DNA from: a virus
IMG/VR virus record: IMGVR_UViG_3300037472_000016
Span: 1-64,000 of that record
Reading direction: 5' to 3' (one strand)
DNA: 64,000 nt
Below, piece after piece: positions 15,790-25,181 of the stretch. Within the stretch, counting starts at the first letter, position 1. Each line of letters opens with the position of its first letter. The notes below the pieces were generated by a model. That model saw only the letters and a list, made by a program, of their open reading frames with translations. It did not search any database and was not told where the DNA came from. A program made the translations under genes and the position numbers.

Positions 15790-16037
15790 TAGGAGAAAAT
15801 GTGATCGAATGTCCAGCATGTGCGGGACCACCCGAAGGCAGAGCATCTTGTGCCACTTGTGGCGGCATTATGGAAGTAACTCAAGCAATGCATGATGATT
15901 TTGTCATAAAACGAGACAAGGCAGACAGCTTTAACGAGTTTATTTTCGGGGTAGAACAAACAATTAGAACAGCGACATATAGCAGTGTCATCATCGTTAC
16001 TGTTGATGATGTAGCTTTGACACATACCCCGGAATAA
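15786..16037 (+). CDS. Small CxxCxG zinc-finger protein
   Basis: CPACAG...CATCGG. Confidence 0.6.
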   Translation: MIGENVIECPACAGPPEGRASCATCGGIMEVTQAMHDDFVIKRDKADSFNEFIFGVEQTIRTATYSSVIIVTVDDVALTHTPE

Positions 16038-16180
16038 AATGTTCTGCGGTCTAGCAATCAACAATCAAACCCAAAACATAGTCAAATCCGTGGTAAAATG
16101 TTTATGTAGGTGTGCAATGATTACACTTTGCAAAGCAGAATGTGCAAAGCTTGCACCAATTAGAATTGGAAGTGATTAAT

Positions 16181-17254
16181 ATGTCTGGATGGTATCCAAA
16201 TAACTCTAGAGTCTGGGACAACGGATTCGGAGCAAGTCGTAATGGCAATACAATCAAGGGTGTTGTCATTCATCACGTAGCAGGGACCAATGGTCTTTCA
16301 TACGTTGCAAACAAAAACTCAAGAAATTCACATCCCACATACCACATTGCTACAAGCGGTGCGGTAACAGGAATAGTCAATCCTGAGCGTAGGCCATTTT
16401 CTACTGCAAATACCGTTGATCTTCAAGCTGTAACGTTTGAGATTGACAACTCTTCTGCTGGAGGAACCTGGCCGGTATCTGATGAGGCCATAGAGTCCCT
16501 CATCAATGTTATTGTATGGCACGCAAGCCACTCCCCCCGAGCAGGTAAGGGAATGGCAAGAAACATTCCTGGTCAAACACAAGAAGAGTTCTTCATTGCT
16601 TGGCACTCACAGTATGCAGCAACAGCGTGCCCAGGACCACACATTATGTCTTTGATGGACTACATTGTGTCAGAGAGCACTAAGAGGGCAGCGGGAACTC
16701 CGTCAACAGCCCCAGCCCCAGCACCAGCAGCACCAGCAGCGGCCCCCGCACAGGCAGCACCAGCCACTAGTGTTGATGCGCTTGCTAGAGAGGTTCTTGC
16801 TGGACAATGGGGAACAGGTCCTACCAGGGTGTCTAGGCTAGGAGCCGCAGGACACGATGCTAGGGCTGTTCAGGCTAGGGTCAACCAGATTCTTTCTGGA
16901 AAGGCTCCAGCCCCATCAGCACCTGCAAGACCAGCACAGAACAACTCAGTTGATGTGATTGCCAGAGAAGTTATTGATGGTAAGTGGGGTAATGGTGCAG
17001 TAAGGATTTCTAGGCTTAAAAGGGCTAGGCATGACGTTAGGGCAGTGCAAGCGGCTGTGAACGCAATCCTTGCTGGTGGTTCTCCAGCACCCGCTACTGC
17101 TCCGGCACAAAGTAACTCTGTAGATAGAGTTGCCAGAGAGGTTATCGACGGCAAGTGGGGCAATGGTCCAACAAGGGTCAGTAAGCTCGGAGCAGCAGGA
17201 TACGATGTTCGAGCAGTGCAGTCAAGAGTTAATGCAATTCTTGCCGGTAGATAA
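16181..17254 (+). CDS. Endolysin: N-acetylmuramoyl-L-alanine amidase plus three CW_7/Cpl-7 repeats
   Basis: VVIHH, H....TACPG; three VD..AREVI.G.WGNG..R...L...G.D...VQ..VN repeats; start reassigned to ATG 16181. Confidence 0.9.
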   Translation: MSGWYPNNSRVWDNGFGASRNGNTIKGVVIHHVAGTNGLSYVANKNSRNSHPTYHIATSGAVTGIVNPERRPFSTANTVDLQAVTFEIDNSSAGGTWPVSDEAIESLINVIVWHASHSPRAGKGMARNIPGQTQEEFFIAWHSQYAATACPGPHIMSLMDYIVSESTKRAAGTPSTAPAPAPAAPAAAPAQAAPATSVDALAREVLAGQWGTGPTRVSRLGAAGHDARAVQARVNQILSGKAPAPSAPARPAQNNSVDVIAREVIDGKWGNGAVRISRLKRARHDVRAVQAAVNAILAGGSPAPATAPAQSNSVDRVAREVIDGKWGNGPTRVSKLGAAGYDVRAVQSRVNAILAGR

Positions 17255-17268
17255 CTAAATATTTAATC

Positions 17269-17301
17269 GGGGTCGGCTAAAATACTCTAGTCGGCCCCTT
17301 T
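17269..17301 (+). terminator. Intrinsic terminator
   Basis: GGGGTCGGCTA/TAGTCGGCCCC stem followed by TTT. Confidence 0.65.
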
Positions 17302-17331
17302 GTCATAAACAAAACATGATATCATAGTTAT

Positions 17332-17826
17332 ATGGCAACAAGAATTTTACTTCGAAGAGGCTTTGCTGCGGATTGGCAAACAGCAAATCCAATTTTGTCT
17401 TATGGCGAAGTTGGTATTGAAATAGATCAAAAAAAGTTTAGGATTGGCGACGGTACTACGGCGTGGAATGCCCTTTCGTATTATCAAGATACCGGCTCTA
17501 TTCTTGGTGACGTAGGAGAAGACTACAACACCCTAAAAAAGATTGCTGACTACGTTGACGGAAAGATTTTGCCATTGGGAGGTGCCGATGGCCAAGCCCT
17601 TGTGGTAGAGATTGACGGTGAGAGTCGCAATGTGGTGTGGTCGGCGTTGTCCTTTAGTGGGCTGTCAGATGTAAACTTGACGGCTCCCCCACAGGGGAAT
17701 ATTGACAGAAACACAATAGAGTATGACAACGCTGCCAGTAAGTGGATTAATAGAAAGACTCCTCGAATATATGTTCAAGAGTTAGCGCCAACAGATGCCA
17801 GGGAGGGCGATCTTTGGATTTTTTAG
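17332..17826 (+). CDS. Fibre protein with Mtd-N/hyaluronidase-N-like domain
   Basis: RRG....W...NPIL..GE.G.E......IGDG...WN.L.Y; C-terminal EGDLW. Confidence 0.75.
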   Translation: MATRILLRRGFAADWQTANPILSYGEVGIEIDQKKFRIGDGTTAWNALSYYQDTGSILGDVGEDYNTLKKIADYVDGKILPLGGADGQALVVEIDGESRNVVWSALSFSGLSDVNLTAPPQGNIDRNTIEYDNAASKWINRKTPRIYVQELAPTDAREGDLWIF

Positions 17827-17863
17827 GTCCACTCTGGACACAAATCCATATCGCCAATAGCTA

Positions 17864-19603
17864 ATGACTCAGTTTCAGGGAAACGCGGTAGACGGAGACT
17901 TTCTCTTTGTAGACTTAAGCTATAGCCAGTCAGGCAATTCTTCTACAATTTCTTACGCACTCTATTGGGCTTTTAGAAGCCCATCTCCGTTAGATAGAGA
18001 CCTTGACGCAGGAAGTTTTTCTATCGGTGGAGTTGGACTTTACTCAAACGCTAACCCATACAACTATACTGGAAACTTTACTTCTAGAAACGTTCTTTTG
18101 GCAAACGGCTCTCGATCTTATGGGCATGATGGAAATGGAAATCTTTCCGTAAATGTTTCTGGTTCGGTAAAGCCGTGGCAGAATCCAGCATCATCTTTTT
18201 CAGCAACATATTCTCTTCCGAGAATCACCAGGCCTCCCTCTCAGCCAGGAACCCCATCGGCAACAGCATTAGGCTCTCTTCCAGAGGGCAGGGTTTCTGT
18301 TTCTTGGGGAGCACCGGCAGACAATGGTGGATTGGGTATTGATGGATACAACGTATTTGCAAATGGTGGACTTGCTCAGCAAACAGGAAATACTACAAGT
18401 ACAACCTTGACGTACACTCCAGGAACCAGTTTGTCTTTTTTTGTTCAGGCCAGAAACGCCGCAGGAACAAGCTCCTCATCTGGTACTTCAAATCCGGTTA
18501 AAGCAAATGGGAATCCCGCAGTTACCAGCATGGCATCGGCATCAACAGGAACAGTAAATAAAAACTCTGTAAATCTTTCGTGGAACGCCGCCGACCCAAG
18601 AGTAGGAAGCATTGTGGGGTATTACGTTTTTAGAAGCGGTAGCCTGGTTTCAACAGTTGGAAACACCACAAGCCTTGTCCTTAACGATTCAACAGCAAAC
18701 CCTGATCTACCTCCAAATACAAGTTTGTCGTTTTCTGTTGCTGCTCGTAATCAGTTTTCAGATGCAAACTCTACACACGCTGGCCTCTCTAATGCCTTAC
18801 CGGCAACCTCATCGGCAACCTCATCGGGGCCACCAGGAGCACCCACATGGCCAGCGTCAGGTGCTGTCCAAAACACAAGTGACAGTGGCACTGTACCCGC
18901 CAACTCTTTGAGGATAAGCTGGGTAGCCCCCTCAAGCTTCGGAAACCCCGCCACAATCTCTAGCTACACAGTTTTTTGGTACAGACTTTCGCAACCCGCC
19001 ACTGTCTTTTCAGCAACGGTACCGGGAACTACGTACACCACTCCAGCAAACTTAACCGCAGGTGTAGATTATCGAATTTACGTCAACGCAAGAAACACCC
19101 TTTCGGGAGGGGCAGATGGAATCGGTCCGAACTCTACAGAGCAAACAAAGCAGTCTATCTCTCCAGCGGAATGGGCAGACAACTCTTTAAATCCAACCGT
19201 TAGAGTTGGGGTCCCCTACTCTGATGGAGTCTCAGCAACCTTTCCAGCGACATATGTTGTGCTACCCAACAACAGCGCTTTGCCTCCAGGAATTGTGCAT
19301 GCAAGCGGTGTCCTGTCTGGAACACCAACAACTCAGGGAAGCTACTCTTTTTCGATACAGGCAACGATCACAGAAAACCCAACACCAATAGCCCAAAGCT
19401 TTAGCTTGTACGTTTTGCCAGGAGCCAGGAGACGGCAGCTAGAATCACAAGTTCCCGTACAAAACATAAGGAGGCTTGCCTCTGGAGTTTGGGTAGAGGT
19501 TGGAACTGAAAATGTTGTATCTGGTTCCCCCATGGGAGCAAACCGGCCAATAGGAATGCACAGGTGGAATGGAAGCTCCTGGGTTAGCACTACAACACTT
19601 TGA
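17864..19603 (+). CDS. Fn3/Ig-domain minor tail protein
   Basis: Several Fn3 repeats (W..P..GG..I..Y.V...ARN) and an Ig-like LPPG..SGTPT..GSY repeat. Confidence 0.8.
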   Translation: MTQFQGNAVDGDFLFVDLSYSQSGNSSTISYALYWAFRSPSPLDRDLDAGSFSIGGVGLYSNANPYNYTGNFTSRNVLLANGSRSYGHDGNGNLSVNVSGSVKPWQNPASSFSATYSLPRITRPPSQPGTPSATALGSLPEGRVSVSWGAPADNGGLGIDGYNVFANGGLAQQTGNTTSTTLTYTPGTSLSFFVQARNAAGTSSSSGTSNPVKANGNPAVTSMASASTGTVNKNSVNLSWNAADPRVGSIVGYYVFRSGSLVSTVGNTTSLVLNDSTANPDLPPNTSLSFSVAARNQFSDANSTHAGLSNALPATSSATSSGPPGAPTWPASGAVQNTSDSGTVPANSLRISWVAPSSFGNPATISSYTVFWYRLSQPATVFSATVPGTTYTTPANLTAGVDYRIYVNARNTLSGGADGIGPNSTEQTKQSISPAEWADNSLNPTVRVGVPYSDGVSATFPATYVVLPNNSALPPGIVHASGVLSGTPTTQGSYSFSIQATITENPTPIAQSFSLYVLPGARRRQLESQVPVQNIRRLASGVWVEVGTENVVSGSPMGANRPIGMHRWNGSSWVSTTTL

Positions 19604-19621
19604 GCATGATAGAATTGCTAT

Positions 19622-22600
19622 ATGTCTACTAAGTCTAATCTTTATGCAGAAAAGGTTTTTGCAGAACAGCCACTTGCACTTTGGACATTAGACGATAGGT
19701 GTGACTACGTATCTTTGATACCCGAATCTTCTAGAAATGTATTTTTGTGGACAGTGGAATCTGGAACAGTATCTGCTGCATCAGTCTCTGGAGGATATCT
19801 TCCAATTACAGAATCTTTGGAGCGCTCTGCCACAATTTCGGGTATTACAAGGTTGCGGTCTCCAATAATCCTGGCAGACTCTTTAGACCAGTCAAAAAGC
19901 TCTGTTGCCGTATCTATACATGCCAAGCAGGTTTCAGGAAACATTAGCTCAATCACGCTAGGAATTAAGACTGAAAGCGATCATCAGTCTCACGAATTTA
20001 AGAAGGTGTCAAGCGGTGAGTGGACATACCTTTCTAAAACGCTTCCTAGACCCACAGGCAATTTTTCTGTATTTTTAGAAATATCTACATCGGCACCATC
20101 TCAGGTTTCTTTTAATGGGCTAACGGTTGGTCAATGGTCAGAAGAGTTTTCATTCTCTTCATTGGGAGTATCTCCGTCTCCAATTCTACAAAATCCTGCG
20201 GTATCTGGAACTCACGGAATACCTATGAATCCATACGGACTATCTTCTAATGATGCCTATGTCATAAAAGAGGAAAACAAGTTACTCGCCAGGCAGTCTG
20301 GCCTTCCTCTGACGTATGGAACAGCATCTTCTCTAGCGTTGCTTCCATCAGAGTCGTCAGGCCCTTCAATGATCGTTCCTGGTGTTGGATTTATGAATGA
20401 GAATGGAGAAACCTCTACCTATACCCTGGAATTCTGGTCAAGGATTCATGCTGGCTCCTCGAAAAAGAGAAGGATTGCAGGACCAATATCTTCATTGGAC
20501 GGCATATACGTAGATGGTCCATTTATCGGCATCCAGTCCCAGGGTCAAGAATCTTTTCATTATGTTGGTGAGTGGTATAGGCCGATGCTTATTCAAATGA
20601 TAGCGTCTGAGGATTACGTGTCTCTCCTGGTAAATGGAGAACAGGTCTGCAATATGGTATTGAAAGCGGCAGGGTATCCAGATAGACTAAACTCTGCTCA
20701 ACAGACTCAGGACTGGATTGGATTTTACTGTTATCCAGATATAGAGAAAATAGAAGTAGAGTGTGTAGCAATATACCCTTATGCCGTTCCGCCAGTGGTA
20801 GCAAAAAGAAGATTTGCCTATGGTCAAGCTGTAGATAACGCAGACACTATTGATTCGTCCTACAATGGTTCTTCCATTTATATAGATGCAAAGCTTGCAC
20901 AGCACTCAAACACCTATTCTTATCCAGATATTGGATTATGGAATCAGGGTGTGGTAGAAAATCTATCCCCGACTGCTAGCGTCCTCTCTTCTCCAAAACA
21001 CAGGCTTCCAGTTGCATCTTTTCTTAATGCACAAGCTTCTTCTTGGGAGTCTGACCTTAAAGAAATGTCTCTTTCTACTGGAGCCACTATATCCCTAAAG
21101 CCAAACCTGGGGTGGTCAGAAATAGGGGGTCATCTGTTTTTTGAAAATTTGTCCTTCGCAACAGACCGTCTTCGCGCAGTGTACGGGGTTTTTCAAGCAA
21201 GCCTGACACAAGACAACAGCAAGACATACTGTCTGCTAAGAATTGTTGATAGAACAAATAAGGACTATTTTTCTGTAGAGCTAGATGCAGGACAGGTTAC
21301 TTATTTTTTCAAATACGGGAGCGCACTGCCAGAAGAAGTTTTCAGAATTGGTGCCGACAGCCAGGGCGTTGCCGAGACCATAAGACCAGGAGAGGTTTTT
21401 TCTGCTGGATTAGATATTGCTAGCTTTTCTAATTCATTTGGTGGAAGCCTATCTGCATTTTTTGGAAACCCGTCCAGGCTATCGCTCTATGTGGGGGGTA
21501 CCGCAGAATACACAAAAACCTTTGGAGGCTTTATCCACAAGGTTGGATTTTGTAGCAACAGAAACTTTTTAGAGGCTGCTGAGTTTTTCTCTTCAAATGG
21601 GACAGTTCCAGTTATCTATGACGGAGGAATTCAGCCAGTCCAGCCAGTCCCACCGCCAGAGGGGGTGCCCCTCATAGTTGACCCAGATTTTATTGACCCC
21701 CCATTGGATGGAGGATTTGCAAGCTCCGAGTACGAGGGTACCATTGTTGACCACGTAGCAACTTATACCCTGTTCGGAAGCGGACAGACCTCCGCCTTTG
21801 ACGTTGCAACAGACTCTTACTGGGAAGATTATATTCCTCTGTCTAGGTTAGCGAAGAGAGTTGTAAACTCCTTTGGCAAGACAGAGGCATCCCTCGGATT
21901 TGTTCAGTTCAACATAGATTATCCGAGAGCAGAGATTACTGTTGGACAGAATATAGATACAACAAAAGAGATTGTAAAGTCTTACGTTTCTTTTCAATAC
22001 ATCTCTGAGGGGTCAAACAAAAGTCCTTTACAGTTTTTCAGCAAGTCTCCAGCAAAGATGAACGGCTTAGTTGTACCAGACTTAGATTGGACAACAAAGA
22101 AGTATGAGGTGCTTGACGGTGATGTTATTCTTCCGCCCCAGGGCATAGACATTAGACAGCTTTCTATAAATGTTCACATTGAGATGAAATCTCCATCTAT
22201 GCAAACAAAGCCAGTTCGGATACGCGCAATGTCTTTAGTTTCTAGAGCTTTTGGTTCAGATGCCCCTGGAAAAATCGGTACGAAATTTAGTAAAGAAATT
22301 TTTCCATACACCAAATACGGCAACTACAACATGTACAGTTCCGTCGTTCCTTTTTCAACGTACAAAGACTCAAGTCCACACCTCTACTTAACAAATAGTT
22401 CTGGGATAAGAATTGTGGGAAGCGGTACAAACGGCTCTCAGGGAATTTTTATACCAGTAAACAATGAAAATGCACCAAATTTTCTTGTGTCTTCCATTTC
22501 TTTTTCTATGAATAGTGAACGAGAGCCTTTTTCTGAGGAAGAAAAAAAGATTGCAGAAATAGAGTCTAACGACAACACGGTAGAAATATACGTGGTTAAG

Positions 22601-23149
22601 GAAAGCTCTTTGTCAGATCGTGGAAGAATTTTTGCGAGAAGAAAGCCAGGACTGTCAGACCCCTCGAACACAGTTTACAACCTTAATGGAATAGTCTTTT
22701 TTATCAATGGAGTTCCGACAGCCACTCCTTATGTATCGATGGGGCAGTGGAACCGCATTGGTATGGCGTTTGATAAGACGCTGAACTTTTCTGAAAACTC
22801 TGGAGGAATTAGACTAGTTGGGAAGCAACTGTTTGGGGGAATATCTTATTATCGACAGTCTGACTTCAACAGAAGATTAGAGGTTGCTTCTGGAGTGAAT
22901 AGTCAAATGTCAGAAGTTTTTTCTTTGGCGACTGCTGAGGTTGTGCCCATCTCGCACTTTTATTGGGGGCCGAGCAAGGGTACTGGAACCTCAAGATTTT
23001 TTGGGCCAAACCCGTCAGAGATTTATGGTTCATATACGGGAACTGATAGGCTTGTTGTTGGTGACGATGAGCCATTAGTATTTGGAAATTACTTTTATGC
23101 TATATATAAAGACCTGGCAGTGCAATCAATAACCATATCTCCGGTCTAA
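19622..23149 (+). CDS. Large virion structural protein with LamG-like domains
   Basis: P.ALW.LDD and YTLEFW motifs; 1175 aa. Confidence 0.6.
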   Translation: MSTKSNLYAEKVFAEQPLALWTLDDRCDYVSLIPESSRNVFLWTVESGTVSAASVSGGYLPITESLERSATISGITRLRSPIILADSLDQSKSSVAVSIHAKQVSGNISSITLGIKTESDHQSHEFKKVSSGEWTYLSKTLPRPTGNFSVFLEISTSAPSQVSFNGLTVGQWSEEFSFSSLGVSPSPILQNPAVSGTHGIPMNPYGLSSNDAYVIKEENKLLARQSGLPLTYGTASSLALLPSESSGPSMIVPGVGFMNENGETSTYTLEFWSRIHAGSSKKRRIAGPISSLDGIYVDGPFIGIQSQGQESFHYVGEWYRPMLIQMIASEDYVSLLVNGEQVCNMVLKAAGYPDRLNSAQQTQDWIGFYCYPDIEKIEVECVAIYPYAVPPVVAKRRFAYGQAVDNADTIDSSYNGSSIYIDAKLAQHSNTYSYPDIGLWNQGVVENLSPTASVLSSPKHRLPVASFLNAQASSWESDLKEMSLSTGATISLKPNLGWSEIGGHLFFENLSFATDRLRAVYGVFQASLTQDNSKTYCLLRIVDRTNKDYFSVELDAGQVTYFFKYGSALPEEVFRIGADSQGVAETIRPGEVFSAGLDIASFSNSFGGSLSAFFGNPSRLSLYVGGTAEYTKTFGGFIHKVGFCSNRNFLEAAEFFSSNGTVPVIYDGGIQPVQPVPPPEGVPLIVDPDFIDPPLDGGFASSEYEGTIVDHVATYTLFGSGQTSAFDVATDSYWEDYIPLSRLAKRVVNSFGKTEASLGFVQFNIDYPRAEITVGQNIDTTKEIVKSYVSFQYISEGSNKSPLQFFSKSPAKMNGLVVPDLDWTTKKYEVLDGDVILPPQGIDIRQLSINVHIEMKSPSMQTKPVRIRAMSLVSRAFGSDAPGKIGTKFSKEIFPYTKYGNYNMYSSVVPFSTYKDSSPHLYLTNSSGIRIVGSGTNGSQGIFIPVNNENAPNFLVSSISFSMNSEREPFSEEEKKIAEIESNDNTVEIYVVKESSLSDRGRIFARRKPGLSDPSNTVYNLNGIVFFINGVPTATPYVSMGQWNRIGMAFDKTLNFSENSGGIRLVGKQLFGGISYYRQSDFNRRLEVASGVNSQMSEVFSLATAEVVPISHFYWGPSKGTGTSRFFGPNPSEIYGSYTGTDRLVVGDDEPLVFGNYFYAIYKDLAVQSITISPV

Positions 23150-23167
23150 TATGGTATACTTGTGGTT

Positions 23168-23545
23168 ATGAAACAACAAAAACCTCGATTCCCTGGTCAA
23201 ATTGGTGACACAAAAGTAAACGTAATCCCCAAAATGTACGATTGGGGAGTGTACTACTGGAAGCTTCCTAACGGAAGAAAATTTTCAGACGGAAGCGGGA
23301 ACTTTCTTACAATTGCGTCAGACAAGGGCGACCTTGCAAAGATTCAGCAGTTGCAAGATGCGGCGGCACATTACGGAAGGCCAGACGGCACTGCGGTATT
23401 TGAGGCTGGTGCAAGAAAGATCACCGACGAAGAGCACTCCGAACAGATTGATCGTCTAAAGCAGGGAATGATTCCCAGCCTTAATGACTTGGGTGCCATT
23501 CACGCAGCACAGCAAACGTTTAGGGCTTACGGGGACAACGACTAA
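23168..23545 (+). CDS. Hypothetical protein upstream of portal
   Basis: Leaderless start at ATG 23168; TAATG-coupled to portal. Confidence 0.7.
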   Translation: MKQQKPRFPGQIGDTKVNVIPKMYDWGVYYWKLPNGRKFSDGSGNFLTIASDKGDLAKIQQLQDAAAHYGRPDGTAVFEAGARKITDEEHSEQIDRLKQGMIPSLNDLGAIHAAQQTFRAYGDND

Positions 23546-25137
23546 TGAATGAATATGTCGTCCCCGCTAGCATTGACGAAGCGATAGAAGCTGATGAAAC
23601 GTTCAACAGGCAAGACCCATTCAACAAGACATGGGATGACGTAAAATCTTATTCTGGTATGGAAAAAAACTTTAAGCGTCGGGCAGACCGAATGAAAAAG
23701 TTTGACCAGTCACCACAATACCTAGATTCTGCAATGGCTAACAGTTCAGGAATAAAGGGGGCACAGTCAAAAGAAATTAACCCAGGCACTGTTTATCGAA
23801 ACGGTTACGGAATGTTTGACGTTATTACGCCGCCCTGGAATATGTATCAGCTAGCAAACTTCTACGACACCTCTTTTGCAAATCATGCTGCAATTGATGC
23901 AAAGGTTGCTAACATTGTCGGTCTCGGATATTCCATTCAGAATTCAAGCAGAGCACAGCTTGCCATTGAAAACTCCACAAACGGAACAGCCACAGACAAG
24001 GCAAGAAAAAGACTTGAGCGTTCCAGGGTCGAGCTTGAAGAGTGGCTAGAAAGCCTCAATAGCGATGACTCGTTTACGCAAACACTATCTAAGTTTTATA
24101 CAGATGTTCAGGCAACGGGCAACGGATACTTGGAGGTTGGTCGCACAGTCAATGGAGACATTGGATATGTGGGTCACATTCCGGCTACCACCGTAAGGGT
24201 ACGTAGGCTAAGAGACGGCTTCGTTCAGATTATTGGAAGCAAGGTTGTGTACTTTAGAAATTTTGGGGCATCTAACCAAAATCAAATTACAGAAGACACT
24301 AGGCCAAACGAGATAATCCACTACAAGGAGTATTCACCACTTAATACCTTTTATGGTGTACCAGACATAATGTCTGCAATATCTTCATTGCAAGGTGACC
24401 AGTTGGCCTCACAGTACAACATTGATTATTTTGCAAATAAGGGTGTTCCCAGGTATATCATAACTCTTAAGGGTGCAAAGCTTTCCCCTGATGCAGAGGA
24501 TAAGATGTTCAGATTCTTGCAGACTAGCCTTCGTGGTCAGTCTCACAGAACTCTTTATATTCCGTTACCCGGAGATTCTGACACCAACAAGGTTGAGTTT
24601 AAGATGGAGGCCGTAGAAAACGGGGTACAGGAAGCCTCATTCAAAGAGTACAGAAAAGAAAACAGAGATGACATTCTTATCGCTCACCAGGTGCCCCTAT
24701 CAAAGATTGGTGGAGGAGATTCCTCTGCAATCGCAGCTTCTATAGCACAAGACAGAACCTTTAAAGAGCAGGTATCAAGGCCAGCACAGAGAAACCTAGA
24801 GAAGTCTATTAACAAGATCGTTCACGAAAAGACAGACATGCTTGACTTCAAGCTTAATGAGTTGACTCTAACTGATGAAAACGTTGAGTCTCAGATTGTT
24901 GAGAGATACGTCAAGACTCAGGTGATGACAATTAACGAGGCACGAGACAAGATCAACCTCCCCCCACGAGACGACGGAGACAAGGCATTTGAAATGTCTT
25001 CTAGGCAGGCTACGGACATGAGAGCAAACGTTGCACAGAACAGACAGAGAGATTCTGAAAGAGCAAACGAGCAGTCTGACGGAACAGCAACAGTGTCTGG
25101 GAGAAACGCCCAGGGAGAGGGACGTTCTTCTTCATAA
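23545..25137 (+). CDS. Portal protein
   Basis: GNGYLE, NEIIH, YGVP, YFAN.G.P, TINEAR motifs. Confidence 0.9.
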   Translation: MNEYVVPASIDEAIEADETFNRQDPFNKTWDDVKSYSGMEKNFKRRADRMKKFDQSPQYLDSAMANSSGIKGAQSKEINPGTVYRNGYGMFDVITPPWNMYQLANFYDTSFANHAAIDAKVANIVGLGYSIQNSSRAQLAIENSTNGTATDKARKRLERSRVELEEWLESLNSDDSFTQTLSKFYTDVQATGNGYLEVGRTVNGDIGYVGHIPATTVRVRRLRDGFVQIIGSKVVYFRNFGASNQNQITEDTRPNEIIHYKEYSPLNTFYGVPDIMSAISSLQGDQLASQYNIDYFANKGVPRYIITLKGAKLSPDAEDKMFRFLQTSLRGQSHRTLYIPLPGDSDTNKVEFKMEAVENGVQEASFKEYRKENRDDILIAHQVPLSKIGGGDSSAIAASIAQDRTFKEQVSRPAQRNLEKSINKIVHEKTDMLDFKLNELTLTDENVESQIVERYVKTQVMTINEARDKINLPPRDDGDKAFEMSSRQATDMRANVAQNRQRDSERANEQSDGTATVSGRNAQGEGRSSS

Positions 25138-25181
25138 CGTTTTTATAACTTTATGAAAAAAGATGCTATAATTGGCTTAGT

